Below are positions 52,844 through 63,301 of a stretch of DNA of 64,000 nt, in pieces. Below the pieces are notes generated by a model. It worked only from the letters and a program-made list of their open reading frames with translations, made no database searches and was not told the origin of the DNA. Within the stretch, counting starts at the first letter, position 1, and each line of letters begins with the position of its first letter. The stretch is from Acidobacteriota bacterium (GTDB taxonomy: Bacteria > Acidobacteriota > UBA6911 > RPQK01 > JADFOI01). Location of the stretch: assembly GCA_963663035.1 (NCBI GenBank), contig OY760074.1, forward strand, positions 2,816,001 to 2,880,000, read 5' to 3'. A program made the translations under genes and the position numbers.

Positions 52844-53287
52844 TCAGCGAGAAGAAGCGGCTTGGTACTTTCCGTCGAGGCTGCGCAAAAATGCGATGAG
52901 GGCGTTCAACTCTCGGTCCGAGGACCCTTTCCATTGGGGCATGAGCTTCTGTTTGCCCTCAAATCCAGAAACGACTTCACCATCAGGGATGGAGGAGGGA
53001 TTGGTCAGCTGTTCCCTCAGCCACTCTGGAGAACGACCTCTCTGAGCCTGCACAGTGAGATCTGGGCCAATCTCGCCCCTGAGGTTCAGACCGCGAGCCT
53101 GCAGGGTATGGCACAGACCACAGTTGTTCTCGACGATCACGCTTTTGGCCAGTTCTTCATCCGCCCGCGAGAGTCGTACATCCGCATGCGATTCGAGACA
53201 AGCACTTGTCAAAAGCGCTAACATGGAAACGCTTATGAAGAGAGCCCAAAAAGTTGTAGAGGTCATTCGCAACATATTTAACTCCAT
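52844..53287 (-). CDS. Monoheme c-type cytochrome (lipoprotein)
   Basis: CGLCH, GPDLT, distal MP; start uncertain. Confidence 0.85.
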   Translation of the reverse strand: MELNMLRMTSTTFWALFISVSMLALLTSACLESHADVRLSRADEELAKSVIVENNCGLCHTLQARGLNLRGEIGPDLTVQAQRGRSPEWLREQLTNPSSIPDGEVVSGFEGKQKLMPQWKGSSDRELNALIAFLRSLDGKYQAASSR

Positions 53288-53328
53288 TATCGCATATTTT
53301 TTAGGTTATACGAGTAAAATATTTAGTC

Positions 53329-53763
53329 ATGCCTAAAAAACCCAGGATTCTTTTCATTTGTACAGGAAATTCGGCGCGCAGCCAGATGGCCGAGGGGTTT
53401 GCTCGCTACTACGGCGGAAGGTCCATTCAGTCCGAGAGTGCTGGAACGAATCCCAGCGGCTTAAACCCAAACGCGGTGTGGGCCATGCATGAAGTGGGCA
53501 TTGACATCTCGAGTCAGACTTCGGATCCCCTGAACAACAAGAACCTGGATACATTCGACTACTTAGTGACCCTGTGTGGGGAGGCTAAGGAGGCCTGTCC
53601 TGTCTTCCCCTCTCACACTCACAGCGAACACTGGCCGCTTGCCGATCCAGCCAAGATCCCTGGAAAGCCGACTGAAGTGATCAAGGGCTTTCGGGTCATT
53701 CGCTATCAAATCGAGGGCCGGGTGAGGGAGCTTTTGGGAAGAATTGAGGGAACATCTCATTAG
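53329..53763 (+). CDS. arsC: Arsenate reductase, LMW-PTP type
   Basis: CTGNSARSQMAEG, TLCGEAKEACP, HWPLADP. Confidence 0.88.
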   Translation: MPKKPRILFICTGNSARSQMAEGFARYYGGRSIQSESAGTNPSGLNPNAVWAMHEVGIDISSQTSDPLNNKNLDTFDYLVTLCGEAKEACPVFPSHTHSEHWPLADPAKIPGKPTEVIKGFRVIRYQIEGRVRELLGRIEGTSH

Positions 53764-53803
53764 GAATCGAAAAAAAATCCAGTTTTCCGGTACAATCTCT
53801 GCG

Positions 53804-54103
53804 ATGACGCGCTCACTGCTGGTGGCTTTGTTAGTTCTGTTTGTCTCACAGTCGGGTTGTATCTGGAAACTGTGGACCAATGATACGCCGATTGAGGAAA
53901 GGATCTACGATGTGTACGGGACCGTTCAATCCATTTCCCTGGACGAGCTGATCATCCAGACCGACAAGGAGGAGCTGACTTTCCGGATGAGGCCGAGTTC
54001 CATCAAGGGAGGTGACTTGGAACCGGGAAACTATGTTCATGTCTACTACCAGATGGGGCAGGACGTGAAAGACGTGACCATGGTGGTAGAGAAGATAGGA
54101 TAG
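53804..54103 (+). CDS. Small hypothetical lipoprotein (OB-fold-like)
   Basis: Signal peptide ending SGC; beta-rich sequence. Confidence 0.6.
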   Translation: MTRSLLVALLVLFVSQSGCIWKLWTNDTPIEERIYDVYGTVQSISLDELIIQTDKEELTFRMRPSSIKGGDLEPGNYVHVYYQMGQDVKDVTMVVEKIG

Positions 54104-54118
54104 ACTCGGCTGGCCCCA

Positions 54119-55312
54119 ATGAAGCGATATTACGTCTGCTACTTTCACGAAATCATTCTCAAGGGGAAAAACCGTCCTTTCTTTGAAAAGCGCCTTTGTC
54201 AGAACGTCGAGCAAGCCTTGCGCGGTCTTCCCTATCATTCTATTCGCAGAACTTCAGGACGGGTTCTGGTTGAACTTGTTCCTGACTCACCAGTAGAAGA
54301 GATCGGTCTCCGTTTACAGAAGGTTTTTGGATTCGCCTATTGCTGTCCGTCGTGGTTGTCCGTTCAAGACATGGAGGTCCTTCAAGAAAATCTCTACGAG
54401 CTGGTGAGCCAGGAGAAGTTTGAAACCTTTCGGATTAGCGCTCGAAGGGCCAACAAAAAGTACTCGCTTTCCTCACAACAGATCAACGAACATCTGGGAG
54501 ACGTCATCCGCACTCGCTCAGGAAAGTCCGTTCGTCTCGAGGACCCCGACTTGAACTGTTATGTGGACATTGTCGACCACTATGCATTCTTGTACTTCCG
54601 CAGGTTGAAAGGGGTGAAGGGACTGCCGCTTTCCTCTTCCGGGAAAGTCGTCGTATTGCTTTCCGGAGGGATTGACTCACCCGTGGCCGCTTTCAAGGTG
54701 ATGAAGCGCGGTTGCCGGGCCATCTTCGTTCATTTTCACAGCATTCCCCACACCACGCCTGAATCCCTGGACAAGGTGCGCCAATTGGTTTCGATCCTCA
54801 ATGAGTACCAATATCGTTCCAAGATCTACATGATCCCCTTCGCAGAAATACAGCGACAAATCGTAGCCTTCACCCCCGCTGAAACTCGAGTGATCTTGTA
54901 TCGTCGGCTCATGATGCGATTGGCAGAAGAGGTTGCTCGACGGGAAGGCGCTCAGGCCTTGGTCACCGGGGACAGCATTGGACAGGTTGCTTCCCAGACC
55001 CTGGAAAACCTGCGTGTCATTTCCGACGTATCCCAGCTGCCGATCTTGCGTCCCTTGATTGGAGAGGACAAGGAAGAGATCATCAGCCTTGCCCGCCGTA
55101 TCGGGACTTATCCCATCTCTATTCTGCCTCACGATGACTGTTGCTCTCTTTTCACTCCCCGACATCCTGAAACACGGGCCAGACTGGATGGGATTTCTCG
55201 AGTAGAAAGTGCTTTGGATATACCCCACATGGTCCAGGAGGCCTTACAGCAGGTGGAGACTGAAAAGATCGAGTTTCAAGGTCAGAACCAAGAAAAAGCA
55301 ATGAGCAGGTAA
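54119..55312 (+). CDS. thiI: tRNA 4-thiouridine synthase ThiI
   Basis: EIILKGKNR, THUMP region, LLSGGIDSPVA, GQVASQT, DCC. Confidence 0.95.
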   Translation: MKRYYVCYFHEIILKGKNRPFFEKRLCQNVEQALRGLPYHSIRRTSGRVLVELVPDSPVEEIGLRLQKVFGFAYCCPSWLSVQDMEVLQENLYELVSQEKFETFRISARRANKKYSLSSQQINEHLGDVIRTRSGKSVRLEDPDLNCYVDIVDHYAFLYFRRLKGVKGLPLSSSGKVVVLLSGGIDSPVAAFKVMKRGCRAIFVHFHSIPHTTPESLDKVRQLVSILNEYQYRSKIYMIPFAEIQRQIVAFTPAETRVILYRRLMMRLAEEVARREGAQALVTGDSIGQVASQTLENLRVISDVSQLPILRPLIGEDKEEIISLARRIGTYPISILPHDDCCSLFTPRHPETRARLDGISRVESALDIPHMVQEALQQVETEKIEFQGQNQEKAMSR

Positions 55313-55318
55313 CTCCCG

Positions 55319-56674
55319 ATGGATCATCTACCGCAACTCTTGCTCATTCTAATAGGGATCATCGTGGCCGCCAAACTGGCAGGTGCGCTGAGCGTGCGCT
55401 TTGGACAGCCGGCGGTTTTCGGAGAGATCGCAATCGGTTTAATTCTCGGTCCGACGGTCTTGAATATTCTGGACTGGAATCTGTTCTCACAGGCTGGCGC
55501 TCACGGCAGTGGAGCCATCGACGCCTTGATCACTGCCGCCCAGCAATCCGGCTCACTGGAGGAACCGGCGAACTCGCTTTTTCTTCAGGGTATGGTCAGG
55601 GATTTGGCAGAGATTGGGGTCATTCTCCTCATGTTCGTGGCCGGCATGGAGACCGATCTGGAGGGAATGAAAAAGGTGGGCAAGACCGCTCTTTGGGCCG
55701 CCGTGGGAGGGGTCCTTCTGCCTTTCCTGGGGGGAACCCTGGCGAGTTTCTATTACGGATTTCCTCTCTATTGGGAAGCCATTTTTGTGGGAACCATTCT
55801 GACAGCCACTTCCGTTTCGATCTCCGCCCAGACTCTGATTGAACTGAAAGTCCTCCGTTCTCGAGAAGGAACCACCATTTTAGGGGCAGCGGTGATTGAC
55901 GACGTCTTGGGCATTATTCTGCTGGGTGTCATAACCGCCCTGTCCGCCGTTGGAGCTGCTGAGGAAGCGGAGACGGCTGGGGTTGGCACCGTCCTGGGAA
56001 TCCTGTTTTGGATCTCTCTGTATTTTGTAGCCTTCTGGTTCATCGGGCGAAGGTACCTGGAGCGATGGTGTGAGAAAGTCAGCAAACTTCCGGCAAGTCA
56101 GGCCCTGCTGGCCTTCGTCCTGGTGGTCGCTTTCTCCTTTGCCTTTGCGGCCGAGGTTGTGGCTCATCTGGCTGCAATCACAGGTTCTTACATGGCTGGA
56201 GTCTTGTTTGCTCAAACCCGCTTCAAGGAAGAGATCAACGATAAGATTCATCCTCTGACCTACTCCCTTTTTGTTCCTATCTTTTTTGTCAGCATCGGTC
56301 TTCAAGCCAATGCTCGAGAATTGGGGGCAGAAATCGGCTTCCTGGTGACCATCGTCCTTCTGGCTATCTTTACCAAAATTGTGGGTTGCTTCCTGGGTGC
56401 ACGGGCCAACGGCTTCGACAATATCCAATCGTTTCGGGTGGGGGTTGGAATGGTCAGTCGGGGAGAGGTTGGACTGATTGTGGCGGGTGTTGGGCTGGGT
56501 CGCGCCATCATCAGTCAGGAAATGTTTTCAGTGATGGTGATTATGGTCCTGGTGACCACCATGATCACCCCCATCATGCTGCGTTATGTTTTCCCTCGAG
56601 TCAAGGAGGTCCCCGGTGAGGTTTTCGAATCCATTGGCAGTCAAAGAATGAGACAGAAAAAAGAGGAGGAATAG
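55319..56674 (+). CDS. CPA2 cation:proton antiporter
   Basis: ATSVSIS, AAVIDD, SRGEVGL; many TM helices. Confidence 0.92.
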   Translation: MDHLPQLLLILIGIIVAAKLAGALSVRFGQPAVFGEIAIGLILGPTVLNILDWNLFSQAGAHGSGAIDALITAAQQSGSLEEPANSLFLQGMVRDLAEIGVILLMFVAGMETDLEGMKKVGKTALWAAVGGVLLPFLGGTLASFYYGFPLYWEAIFVGTILTATSVSISAQTLIELKVLRSREGTTILGAAVIDDVLGIILLGVITALSAVGAAEEAETAGVGTVLGILFWISLYFVAFWFIGRRYLERWCEKVSKLPASQALLAFVLVVAFSFAFAAEVVAHLAAITGSYMAGVLFAQTRFKEEINDKIHPLTYSLFVPIFFVSIGLQANARELGAEIGFLVTIVLLAIFTKIVGCFLGARANGFDNIQSFRVGVGMVSRGEVGLIVAGVGLGRAIISQEMFSVMVIMVLVTTMITPIMLRYVFPRVKEVPGEVFESIGSQRMRQKKEEE

Positions 56675-56711
56675 TAGAAAACAATTGCGCCTGCCGTGCA
56701 TCTATGGGTAT

Positions 56712-57335
56712 ATGAAAATGATCTCCTGGAGAAGAGCCATCCTTGCAGTCTTTATGATCTCGGCCTGGATTTCCTTGACGGCTCAGTCTCCGCCGACGCC
56801 AGAAGCGACAAGCGACCCCGGAGTTGAAAAAGTCACGCGGCTGCTGGAGGAGTTGAAAGACAATCACAAGGCCGGCACTTCCGAGAGCATGACTTATGAA
56901 CTCACTGAGGCCGAGTTGAATGCCTATCTGACAGCCCAGCTCCGCCAACAGGGTCAACAGGCAGTGGAAAGCCTTTCGGTCACTCTCAAGGAGGGCACCT
57001 TCCTGACCTCAATAGAGGTCGACACGGATCAGTTGGAGTTAAAAGGCGATGCCCTAACTTTAGGTTTTCTCAGACTTCTCCTCCAGGGCAAACAGACTCT
57101 GGAAATTGAGGGAACACTGGAGGCCGAAAATGGCATTGGAACGTATCTTGTCCAAGAGGCTCGACTCAGCGGCTTTCCTCTTCCCGCTAATCTGGTCAAC
57201 GACCTCTTAAGCTCGGTGGGCCAGAAACAAAATCCTCCCTTTGACCCGACCCAGCCTTTCCCCATGCCTTTCTCTATTGAGTCTGTTACCTTCCACCCCG
57301 GAAGGGCGAATGTCAGAACAGCAGATAGGAGGTAG
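56712..57335 (+). CDS. Hypothetical exported protein
   Basis: Signal peptide, LTEAELNAYL motif. Confidence 0.65.
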   Translation: MKMISWRRAILAVFMISAWISLTAQSPPTPEATSDPGVEKVTRLLEELKDNHKAGTSESMTYELTEAELNAYLTAQLRQQGQQAVESLSVTLKEGTFLTSIEVDTDQLELKGDALTLGFLRLLLQGKQTLEIEGTLEAENGIGTYLVQEARLSGFPLPANLVNDLLSSVGQKQNPPFDPTQPFPMPFSIESVTFHPGRANVRTADRR

Positions 57336-57460
57336 GAGTCAGAAGAGAGGAGGTAGGAGTCAGGAGTCAGGAGAGCGATAATTCAGGGTCATGCTGTCGA
57401 GACTCAAGAAACAAAGCACTCACTTGGATTCCTACCTCCTACCTCCTACCTCCTATCTGA
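57322..57460. repeat. Inverted heptamer repeat tracts between convergent genes
   Basis: AGGAGGT/AGGAGTC units at 57322-57373 face (CCTACCT)n at 57429-57460. Confidence 0.7.
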
Positions 57461-58197
57461 TAGTAATCCTCAGAGAACTCTCCTTTTTGCCATCGAATGA
57501 GATAGCCAAACTCTGGAAGCAAGGGGAAAAGTCGGTCGGCCTTGAAATAGAGGAACAGGCCGGCATTGATTCGAAGGTGACTCTTGATTCTCCTGAAGGA
57601 AACACTCTCAGCCAGACTTGCCTCTGTTCCGGCAGCGGTGCGCAGAGTTTTCTGCCATCCCTCCTCACTGTTTGAAAGCAGAAGAAAGTCAGGCATCTGC
57701 ACCTGGTAAAGAATCTGTCCTGATTCGGCTCCCTTGTAAACACGGATATTCTCATAGTCCAGAACATCCGTTTGAGCGGCTCCGAAAGTGTTTTGCATAG
57801 CCAACTCGATTCGGAGTTCAAGTGCTCGACCGTGAAGGGGGCGAGGTCTCAGAAGAGCCGTAAAATGAATCCGCCATGAGCCATTGGCTTGACGCTCAAG
57901 ATGGTGGACGAAAAACCACAAACTTTCCACGTCATTGGTAAACAGGCTGACCGCCTGCTTTCTCACTTCCTCGGGGATGCTCCCACCAAGACTTTCCGAA
58001 GCCAGATCGAACCAGTTCCGCAGGCGGGAATGCTCCAGAAAATCGAGATTTGTGGGCGGATCGGTAAGGACAATCAAGCCCAGGATGTCCTGTGGGACAG
58101 ATTGCTCGAAAGTGCTTCTCTGCACGGGTCGGAGAAACCAGATGATGCCCAGGCTCAGTTGGCAAAGCAGCAATCCTATGGCGATCAGAAGGCGCAT
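57439..58197 (-). CDS. Hypothetical membrane-anchored protein
   Basis: 252-aa ORF with an N-terminal hydrophobic helix. Confidence 0.65.
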   Translation of the reverse strand: MRLLIAIGLLLCQLSLGIIWFLRPVQRSTFEQSVPQDILGLIVLTDPPTNLDFLEHSRLRNWFDLASESLGGSIPEEVRKQAVSLFTNDVESLWFFVHHLERQANGSWRIHFTALLRPRPLHGRALELRIELAMQNTFGAAQTDVLDYENIRVYKGAESGQILYQVQMPDFLLLSNSEEGWQKTLRTAAGTEASLAESVSFRRIKSHLRINAGLFLYFKADRLFPLLPEFGYLIRWQKGEFSEDYYQIGGRR

Positions 58198-58244
58198 TAG
58201 ACGATCCCTTTTGAAGTATGCTATTCTACGGCCCTTCTTGCAGC

Positions 58245-59366
58245 ATGAATGTTAAACAACTCGAAGAAAAACTGACAACCACCCATGGAGTCAACGAGAA
58301 GTTGGACGTTCTGGACGAGCTCGCCTCCTACTATTACGATCACGATAACTACCAGAAGGCCATCAGTTACTACCAGGAAGCTGAGAAATTAGCCCCTGAC
58401 GGCAATCCCCAAGCTTACTACCAAGGTCTGGAAGGCATTTGCTATTTTTTCTTGAAGAAAGACAAGGAGGCCTACCAGGCACTTCTGGGGGCCAAAGAAG
58501 TGCTTCGTCCCAAAGAGGATGACTTTGATCCGGAAATCTGTGGACTGGTCCATTACTTTTTAGGATCGCTCTATGAGTACAACGAGGCCAATGATAGCTC
58601 CCTGGAATGCCGGCTTGAAGCGCTCAAGTACCTGACCCACCTCCATCGAGAAGCCCAATGGATGCTGCTGGCCGGGATGAGCCGGAACTACGAACAGCAG
58701 GGTGAATTACGGAAGTCAGTGGAGTGCAACACTCAGGCCATCTCCCTCATCAGCAACGACGATCCTGAAGTCGTTTTCATTTTTGAAAGTCTTGGTTCCA
58801 GTCATTACGAACTGGCTGAGTACGAGAAGGCCCTGGAATACTTCTCACGAGTCCTGGAAGTGGATGCCGGGTTCGAGCGGAAAGAGGACATCTTCTTCAA
58901 CATCGGCTTGTGCTATCAACGATTACTCAACTTCCGACTGGCACTGGAGTCTTATCTCAAGCTGCTGGAAGTCAAAGAGCTGGATCCCGACAAGGACTCG
59001 CTGTGTTGGCTGTACATCGAGATTATTCACTGCTATTTCAGTCTGAAGGAACACGACCACTCCATTGAATATGTTAAAAAAGCTCTGAGCCAGTCCATAG
59101 AGGACAAGGAAGAAAACGCCGAGGTTCACAGCTATCTGAGCAATAATTATCATGCCTTAGGGAGGTATCAAGAAGCTGCGGAAGCTGGTGAAGAAACACT
59201 CAAGATCTCTGATAAGTTTCATAATATGAAGATCATGCTTCCTAATCTGGCAATGAGTTACTACCAGCTGGGACAGAAAGAAAAGTTCCACTTCTATCGT
59301 GATTGGTGCAATCGTGCCTTCCCCGACCTGCGTTGGACCAAGGAACTCAACAAGCTGGAAATATAG
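58245..59366 (+). CDS. Tetratricopeptide repeat protein
   Basis: Repeated TPR consensus (LGSSHYELAEYEKALEYF). Confidence 0.85.
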   Translation: MNVKQLEEKLTTTHGVNEKLDVLDELASYYYDHDNYQKAISYYQEAEKLAPDGNPQAYYQGLEGICYFFLKKDKEAYQALLGAKEVLRPKEDDFDPEICGLVHYFLGSLYEYNEANDSSLECRLEALKYLTHLHREAQWMLLAGMSRNYEQQGELRKSVECNTQAISLISNDDPEVVFIFESLGSSHYELAEYEKALEYFSRVLEVDAGFERKEDIFFNIGLCYQRLLNFRLALESYLKLLEVKELDPDKDSLCWLYIEIIHCYFSLKEHDHSIEYVKKALSQSIEDKEENAEVHSYLSNNYHALGRYQEAAEAGEETLKISDKFHNMKIMLPNLAMSYYQLGQKEKFHFYRDWCNRAFPDLRWTKELNKLEI

Positions 59367-59385
59367 AAAGCCCGCCGGCCATTGG

Positions 59386-60711
59386 ATGTCCTTAAAATTA
59401 CGGGTTGAGCCTCATCTGTTAGAAGGCGCTCTAACCATCGTCAGGACGCTTCACGATCAAGGACATAGGGCCTACTTTGCTGGGGGCGCGGTTCGGGATC
59501 TGGTCCTTGAAAAGAGCCCTTCTGAGATCGATATAGCCACCTCCGCTTCCCCCCAAGAGATTGAACGGCTCTTCCCCAAGACGATCCCCGTGGGTAAGGA
59601 GTTCGGGGTGGTGGTTGTGGTACAGGACTCGACAAACTACGAGGTGACAACTTTCCGCCAGGACTCCGGTTACGAAGATGGTCGTCACCCCACTCAGGTG
59701 AGTTTCACCGATGCCCGATGCGATGTCGAGCGTCGTGATTTTACGGTCAACGCACTTTTCCTCGATCCCTTCAGCAAGGAAATCCTCGACTATGTAAAGG
59801 GAAGAGAAGATATCAAGGGCAAGTTGATTCGCACCGTGGGTCCTCCTGAAGACCGATTCCAGGAGGACAAACTCCGCATCCTGCGGGCCTTGCGCCTGGC
59901 CTGTCAGCTCGATTTTGAGATCGAACCGAACACCTACCGACAAGTGCAGCACTATGCTTCAGAAATCACTCAGGTGAGTTGGGAGAGAATCAGGGACGAA
60001 CTGTTAAAGATTCTCACGGGCCCGGATCCGGCTCGGGGCCTGGAACTCCTGTCCGATTCAGGAGTTCTGGCAGTAATCTTGCCCGAGGTTGCCGCCATGC
60101 ACGGTGTGCAGCAGCCACCTCAATTTCACCCGGAAGGCGACGTTTTTGTCCACACCTGTTTGCTTTTCAAGCTCTCCAAGAAACCCAGTACGACGCTCGC
60201 CCTGGCGATTTTGCTGCACGACGTGGGCAAACCTCCCACCTTCATTGTCAAAGAGCGAATTCGCTTTGATGGTCATGCTGAGTTAGGGGCCAAGATGGCA
60301 GATGAGATCTGTCGAAAGCTGCGCCTTCCCAACCAGCAGATCGAAGACGTGGTAGATCTGGTAAAAGATCATCTGCGGTTCATACACGTTCAGGAGATGC
60401 GGGAGAGCACTTTGAAGCGTTTCCTTCGGAAAGAGAATTTTGACGACCACCTTGAACTGCACCGCCTGGACTCCCTGGCCAGTCACGGCAACCTTTCGAA
60501 TTACGACTTCTGTCGAGAGAAGCTGGAGGAGCTGAGTGAAGAAGCGATGCGGCCCATGCCTCTCATCAATGGACATGATCTGATGGATCTGGGCCTCAGC
60601 CCGGGGCCCCTCTTTTCCGAGATCCTCGGTGCTGCCGAGGACCTTCAGCTGGAGGGCAATCTGTCAGGCAAGGAAGAAGCCCTGGATTGGGTGAAAGCGC
60701 ACTATCTGTAG
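59386..60711 (+). CDS. CCA tRNA nucleotidyltransferase with HD domain
   Basis: GGAVRD, EIDIAT, RRDFTVNA, EDKLRILRA, LLHDVGK. Confidence 0.92.
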   Translation: MSLKLRVEPHLLEGALTIVRTLHDQGHRAYFAGGAVRDLVLEKSPSEIDIATSASPQEIERLFPKTIPVGKEFGVVVVVQDSTNYEVTTFRQDSGYEDGRHPTQVSFTDARCDVERRDFTVNALFLDPFSKEILDYVKGREDIKGKLIRTVGPPEDRFQEDKLRILRALRLACQLDFEIEPNTYRQVQHYASEITQVSWERIRDELLKILTGPDPARGLELLSDSGVLAVILPEVAAMHGVQQPPQFHPEGDVFVHTCLLFKLSKKPSTTLALAILLHDVGKPPTFIVKERIRFDGHAELGAKMADEICRKLRLPNQQIEDVVDLVKDHLRFIHVQEMRESTLKRFLRKENFDDHLELHRLDSLASHGNLSNYDFCREKLEELSEEAMRPMPLINGHDLMDLGLSPGPLFSEILGAAEDLQLEGNLSGKEEALDWVKAHYL

Positions 60712-60777
60712 AGGTTTCCGGACTTCAATGTCGATTTTCCTGGTGCCTTTGCTCACAGAGTGCTATAAGAAAAAAAC

Positions 60778-61617
60778 ATGAAGAACAAAACATCCTTCCT
60801 TACACTCTTGATTTTGATGAGTTACTCAACATGGCTCGGCTGTGGATCCTCGGAAGAGGCTCTCGACGAGGAAGCAGCTGCAGCAGTACCCGAGATAGAA
60901 ATGCCCCAACCGGGTGATACGGTGCTCGTTCCAGCCGGTGAGTTCACCATGGGGACAGAACAAGAGTTGCCACCTCCGCTGGCGGGTCCAGAACGCACAA
61001 TCGACCTTCCTGCCTTCTATATTGATGTCTATGAGGTGACACACGGCGAGTGGATCAGGTTCCTGACTGAGACGGACTACCGACCAGAAGGCAATTGGCG
61101 ACAATTTTACAGTATCGGTAAGGAAGACAATCCCGTGAGCAACGTGTACTGGGAAGACGCAAAGGCCTATTGTGAGGCCTTTGGAAAGCGATTACCGACG
61201 GAGGAAGAATGGGAGAAAGCCGCCCGTGGTCCAGATGGCAACAGGTATCCTTGGGGCGATGTTTGGGACGCCATGAAATCAAATTCCTCCGAGCTGGCAA
61301 TGCGCAATACGATGGAGGTTGGAGAGTCGCCCGAAGATAAGAGCTACTACGGTGCTTACGACATGATGGGCAACGCACAGGAGTGGACTTCCGAGGAGCT
61401 GACCCCTTATCCAGGCAGTTCAGCCCGCCGAGACGATGCCTTTCAAAGGGATTACATCGCGGTCCGTGGCGGTTCTTATGCCGTGGTAGGCAGAACCATG
61501 TCCCTGTCCAGTCGCAGCGGCTATGCAGCCGACTCCCAGTATGGCATTGGCTTCCGCTGTGCAAAGGACGCCCAGGAAGAAAGTCCTGCCGAAGAAAGTC
61601 CTTCCACGGAGCAGTAG
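60778..61617 (+). CDS. FGE-sulfatase (SUMF1/EgtB/PvdO) domain lipoprotein lacking the catalytic Cys pair
   Basis: RLPTEEEWEKAARG, GNAQEW, RGGSY, GFRC. Confidence 0.85.
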   Translation: MKNKTSFLTLLILMSYSTWLGCGSSEEALDEEAAAAVPEIEMPQPGDTVLVPAGEFTMGTEQELPPPLAGPERTIDLPAFYIDVYEVTHGEWIRFLTETDYRPEGNWRQFYSIGKEDNPVSNVYWEDAKAYCEAFGKRLPTEEEWEKAARGPDGNRYPWGDVWDAMKSNSSELAMRNTMEVGESPEDKSYYGAYDMMGNAQEWTSEELTPYPGSSARRDDAFQRDYIAVRGGSYAVVGRTMSLSSRSGYAADSQYGIGFRCAKDAQEESPAEESPSTEQ

Positions 61618-61635
61618 TCCAGACGCCCCCCCGGC

Positions 61636-61664
61636 TTGACAGGCTCACCAAATCTCAATAGCAT
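61636..61664 (+). promoter_or_regulatory. Sigma-70 promoter of tRNA-fMet
   Basis: TTGACA-17 bp-TAGCAT, ending 5 bp upstream of the tRNA. Confidence 0.75.
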
Positions 61665-61669
61665 CGATT

Positions 61670-61746
<77 letters not shown>

Positions 61747-61754
61747 AGCCTAAC

Positions 61755-63052
61755 TGGTGCATTCCGGACACATAGGTTACAGTTTATTCCGAAGACATAG
61801 GTAACACCTTTGCACCAAAAGGGTTATTTATAGGTTCAAACCTTCTACTGTCTTCGTCAAAGTAACCGAGGTCGTATTCCATAAACGACACCAGCCAAAT
61901 TTTCTCTTTGACCTCTTTGATTCCAACATCTTGACCAGCAAACACCGTGCTGAAGTTGATCTTTTGACTTTTCATACAGATTCTGCCGCAGCTGGTGACG
62001 GTCACGGTGCGATCGTGCATGGGGTACTCGACGCGCCCGATTCCTCGGTAGGGACAAGATGCGGGAGTATAGACCTCGGACGGAAACTTCATGCCCAGGG
62101 CCTCATGAGGTCTCTCAGTATTGTATTCCGCCTGAAAGGCATTAAACCTCTCTTGCTGCTGAAGAAGGTTGTGGGCAGCGGGAACGACTGTGGCCTTCTT
62201 GAGGGTGAGATGAAGGCGCTCATGCCTTCCGTTCTGCTCGGGATGGCCGGGCTTGATCCTCTCGATTCGGATTCCTAGCCTAAGCCACCAGACGGCCAGT
62301 CGACTGAGTCCAAACAATCCGTTGGGTGATGCAAAAGGGACTCCGTTGTCCGTGCGGATCGCTTCCGGCAAACCTAACTCTTGAAAGGTTCTCTCGAATA
62401 CGGGGAAAGCACCTCTTTCCTTAACACTGTCGAGAGCCTCGATGGCGAGCAGATAACGGCTGGCGTGATCGCTCACGGTGAGAGGATAACAGTACCGTTT
62501 GTCTCCCAGCATGAACTCTCCTTTGAAGTCGGCAGACCAAAGGTCATTGGGATTCTGGCTGCTGGACAATCGAGTCCCCTCTGCCTTGAACCGTCGCCGT
62601 TTTCTACAGTTCACCAGGCCGTTGCGATCCAGAACCGCGTGAACTGTGCTCACCGCAGGCGGCCGTACATTCGGAAACCTACGAATCAGGAGCGCCCGAA
62701 TCTTGGGAGCTCCCCAATACGGCTTCTCTCGCTTTAGCCTGACCAGGGTCCGTTCCACCTGTTCGGGCAGTTGGTTTCCGTAACGATGCGGCTTGCGGCT
62801 CCGATCCACCAGGGCGTAAGCGCCGGTGTTTTGATAGCGGTTCCAAATCTTGTAGCCCGTCTTTCTGGATATCCCAAACTCCTCACACAGACGGCTCATG
62901 GACTCCCCATCCAACAGCTTCGCTATAAATCTCATTCTCTCGTCCATCACACAGATCTCCTTCCATGGCATCTCTGGGCACCTCCCAGAAGAAGCCTATA
63001 AGTGTTACCCATGTGTCCGGTATAATTTGTTACCCATCTTTCGGAATGGGCA
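61755..63052 (-). mobile_element. IS481-family element, intact (transposase 61784-62971)
   Basis: TG...CA ends with repeated GGTAACA motifs; MPWKE start, WSADFKG, RTDNGVPF, QNGRHER. Confidence 0.95.
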
Positions 63053-63301
63053 ACTCAATCATTTACAGCCAAGAAAGGTTCCCTTAAAAACCCGACTTTG
63101 GGTTATAAAACCAAAGGTCTGTGTCTTTCGATCAAGCATGGGTGTAGTGCTTTTGTAATCGATAGAAGGGGTCAAAAACAGCTTGAAAATGGATGCCTCC
63201 GCGGGCCCCTTAACAACCGAAATAGCCTCCCTTGACCGATTCTTGCCGACTTCGATAGACTTCCCTTAGCAAAAGAACTTCCTATCGAAAGGAGAGCCAT
63301 T

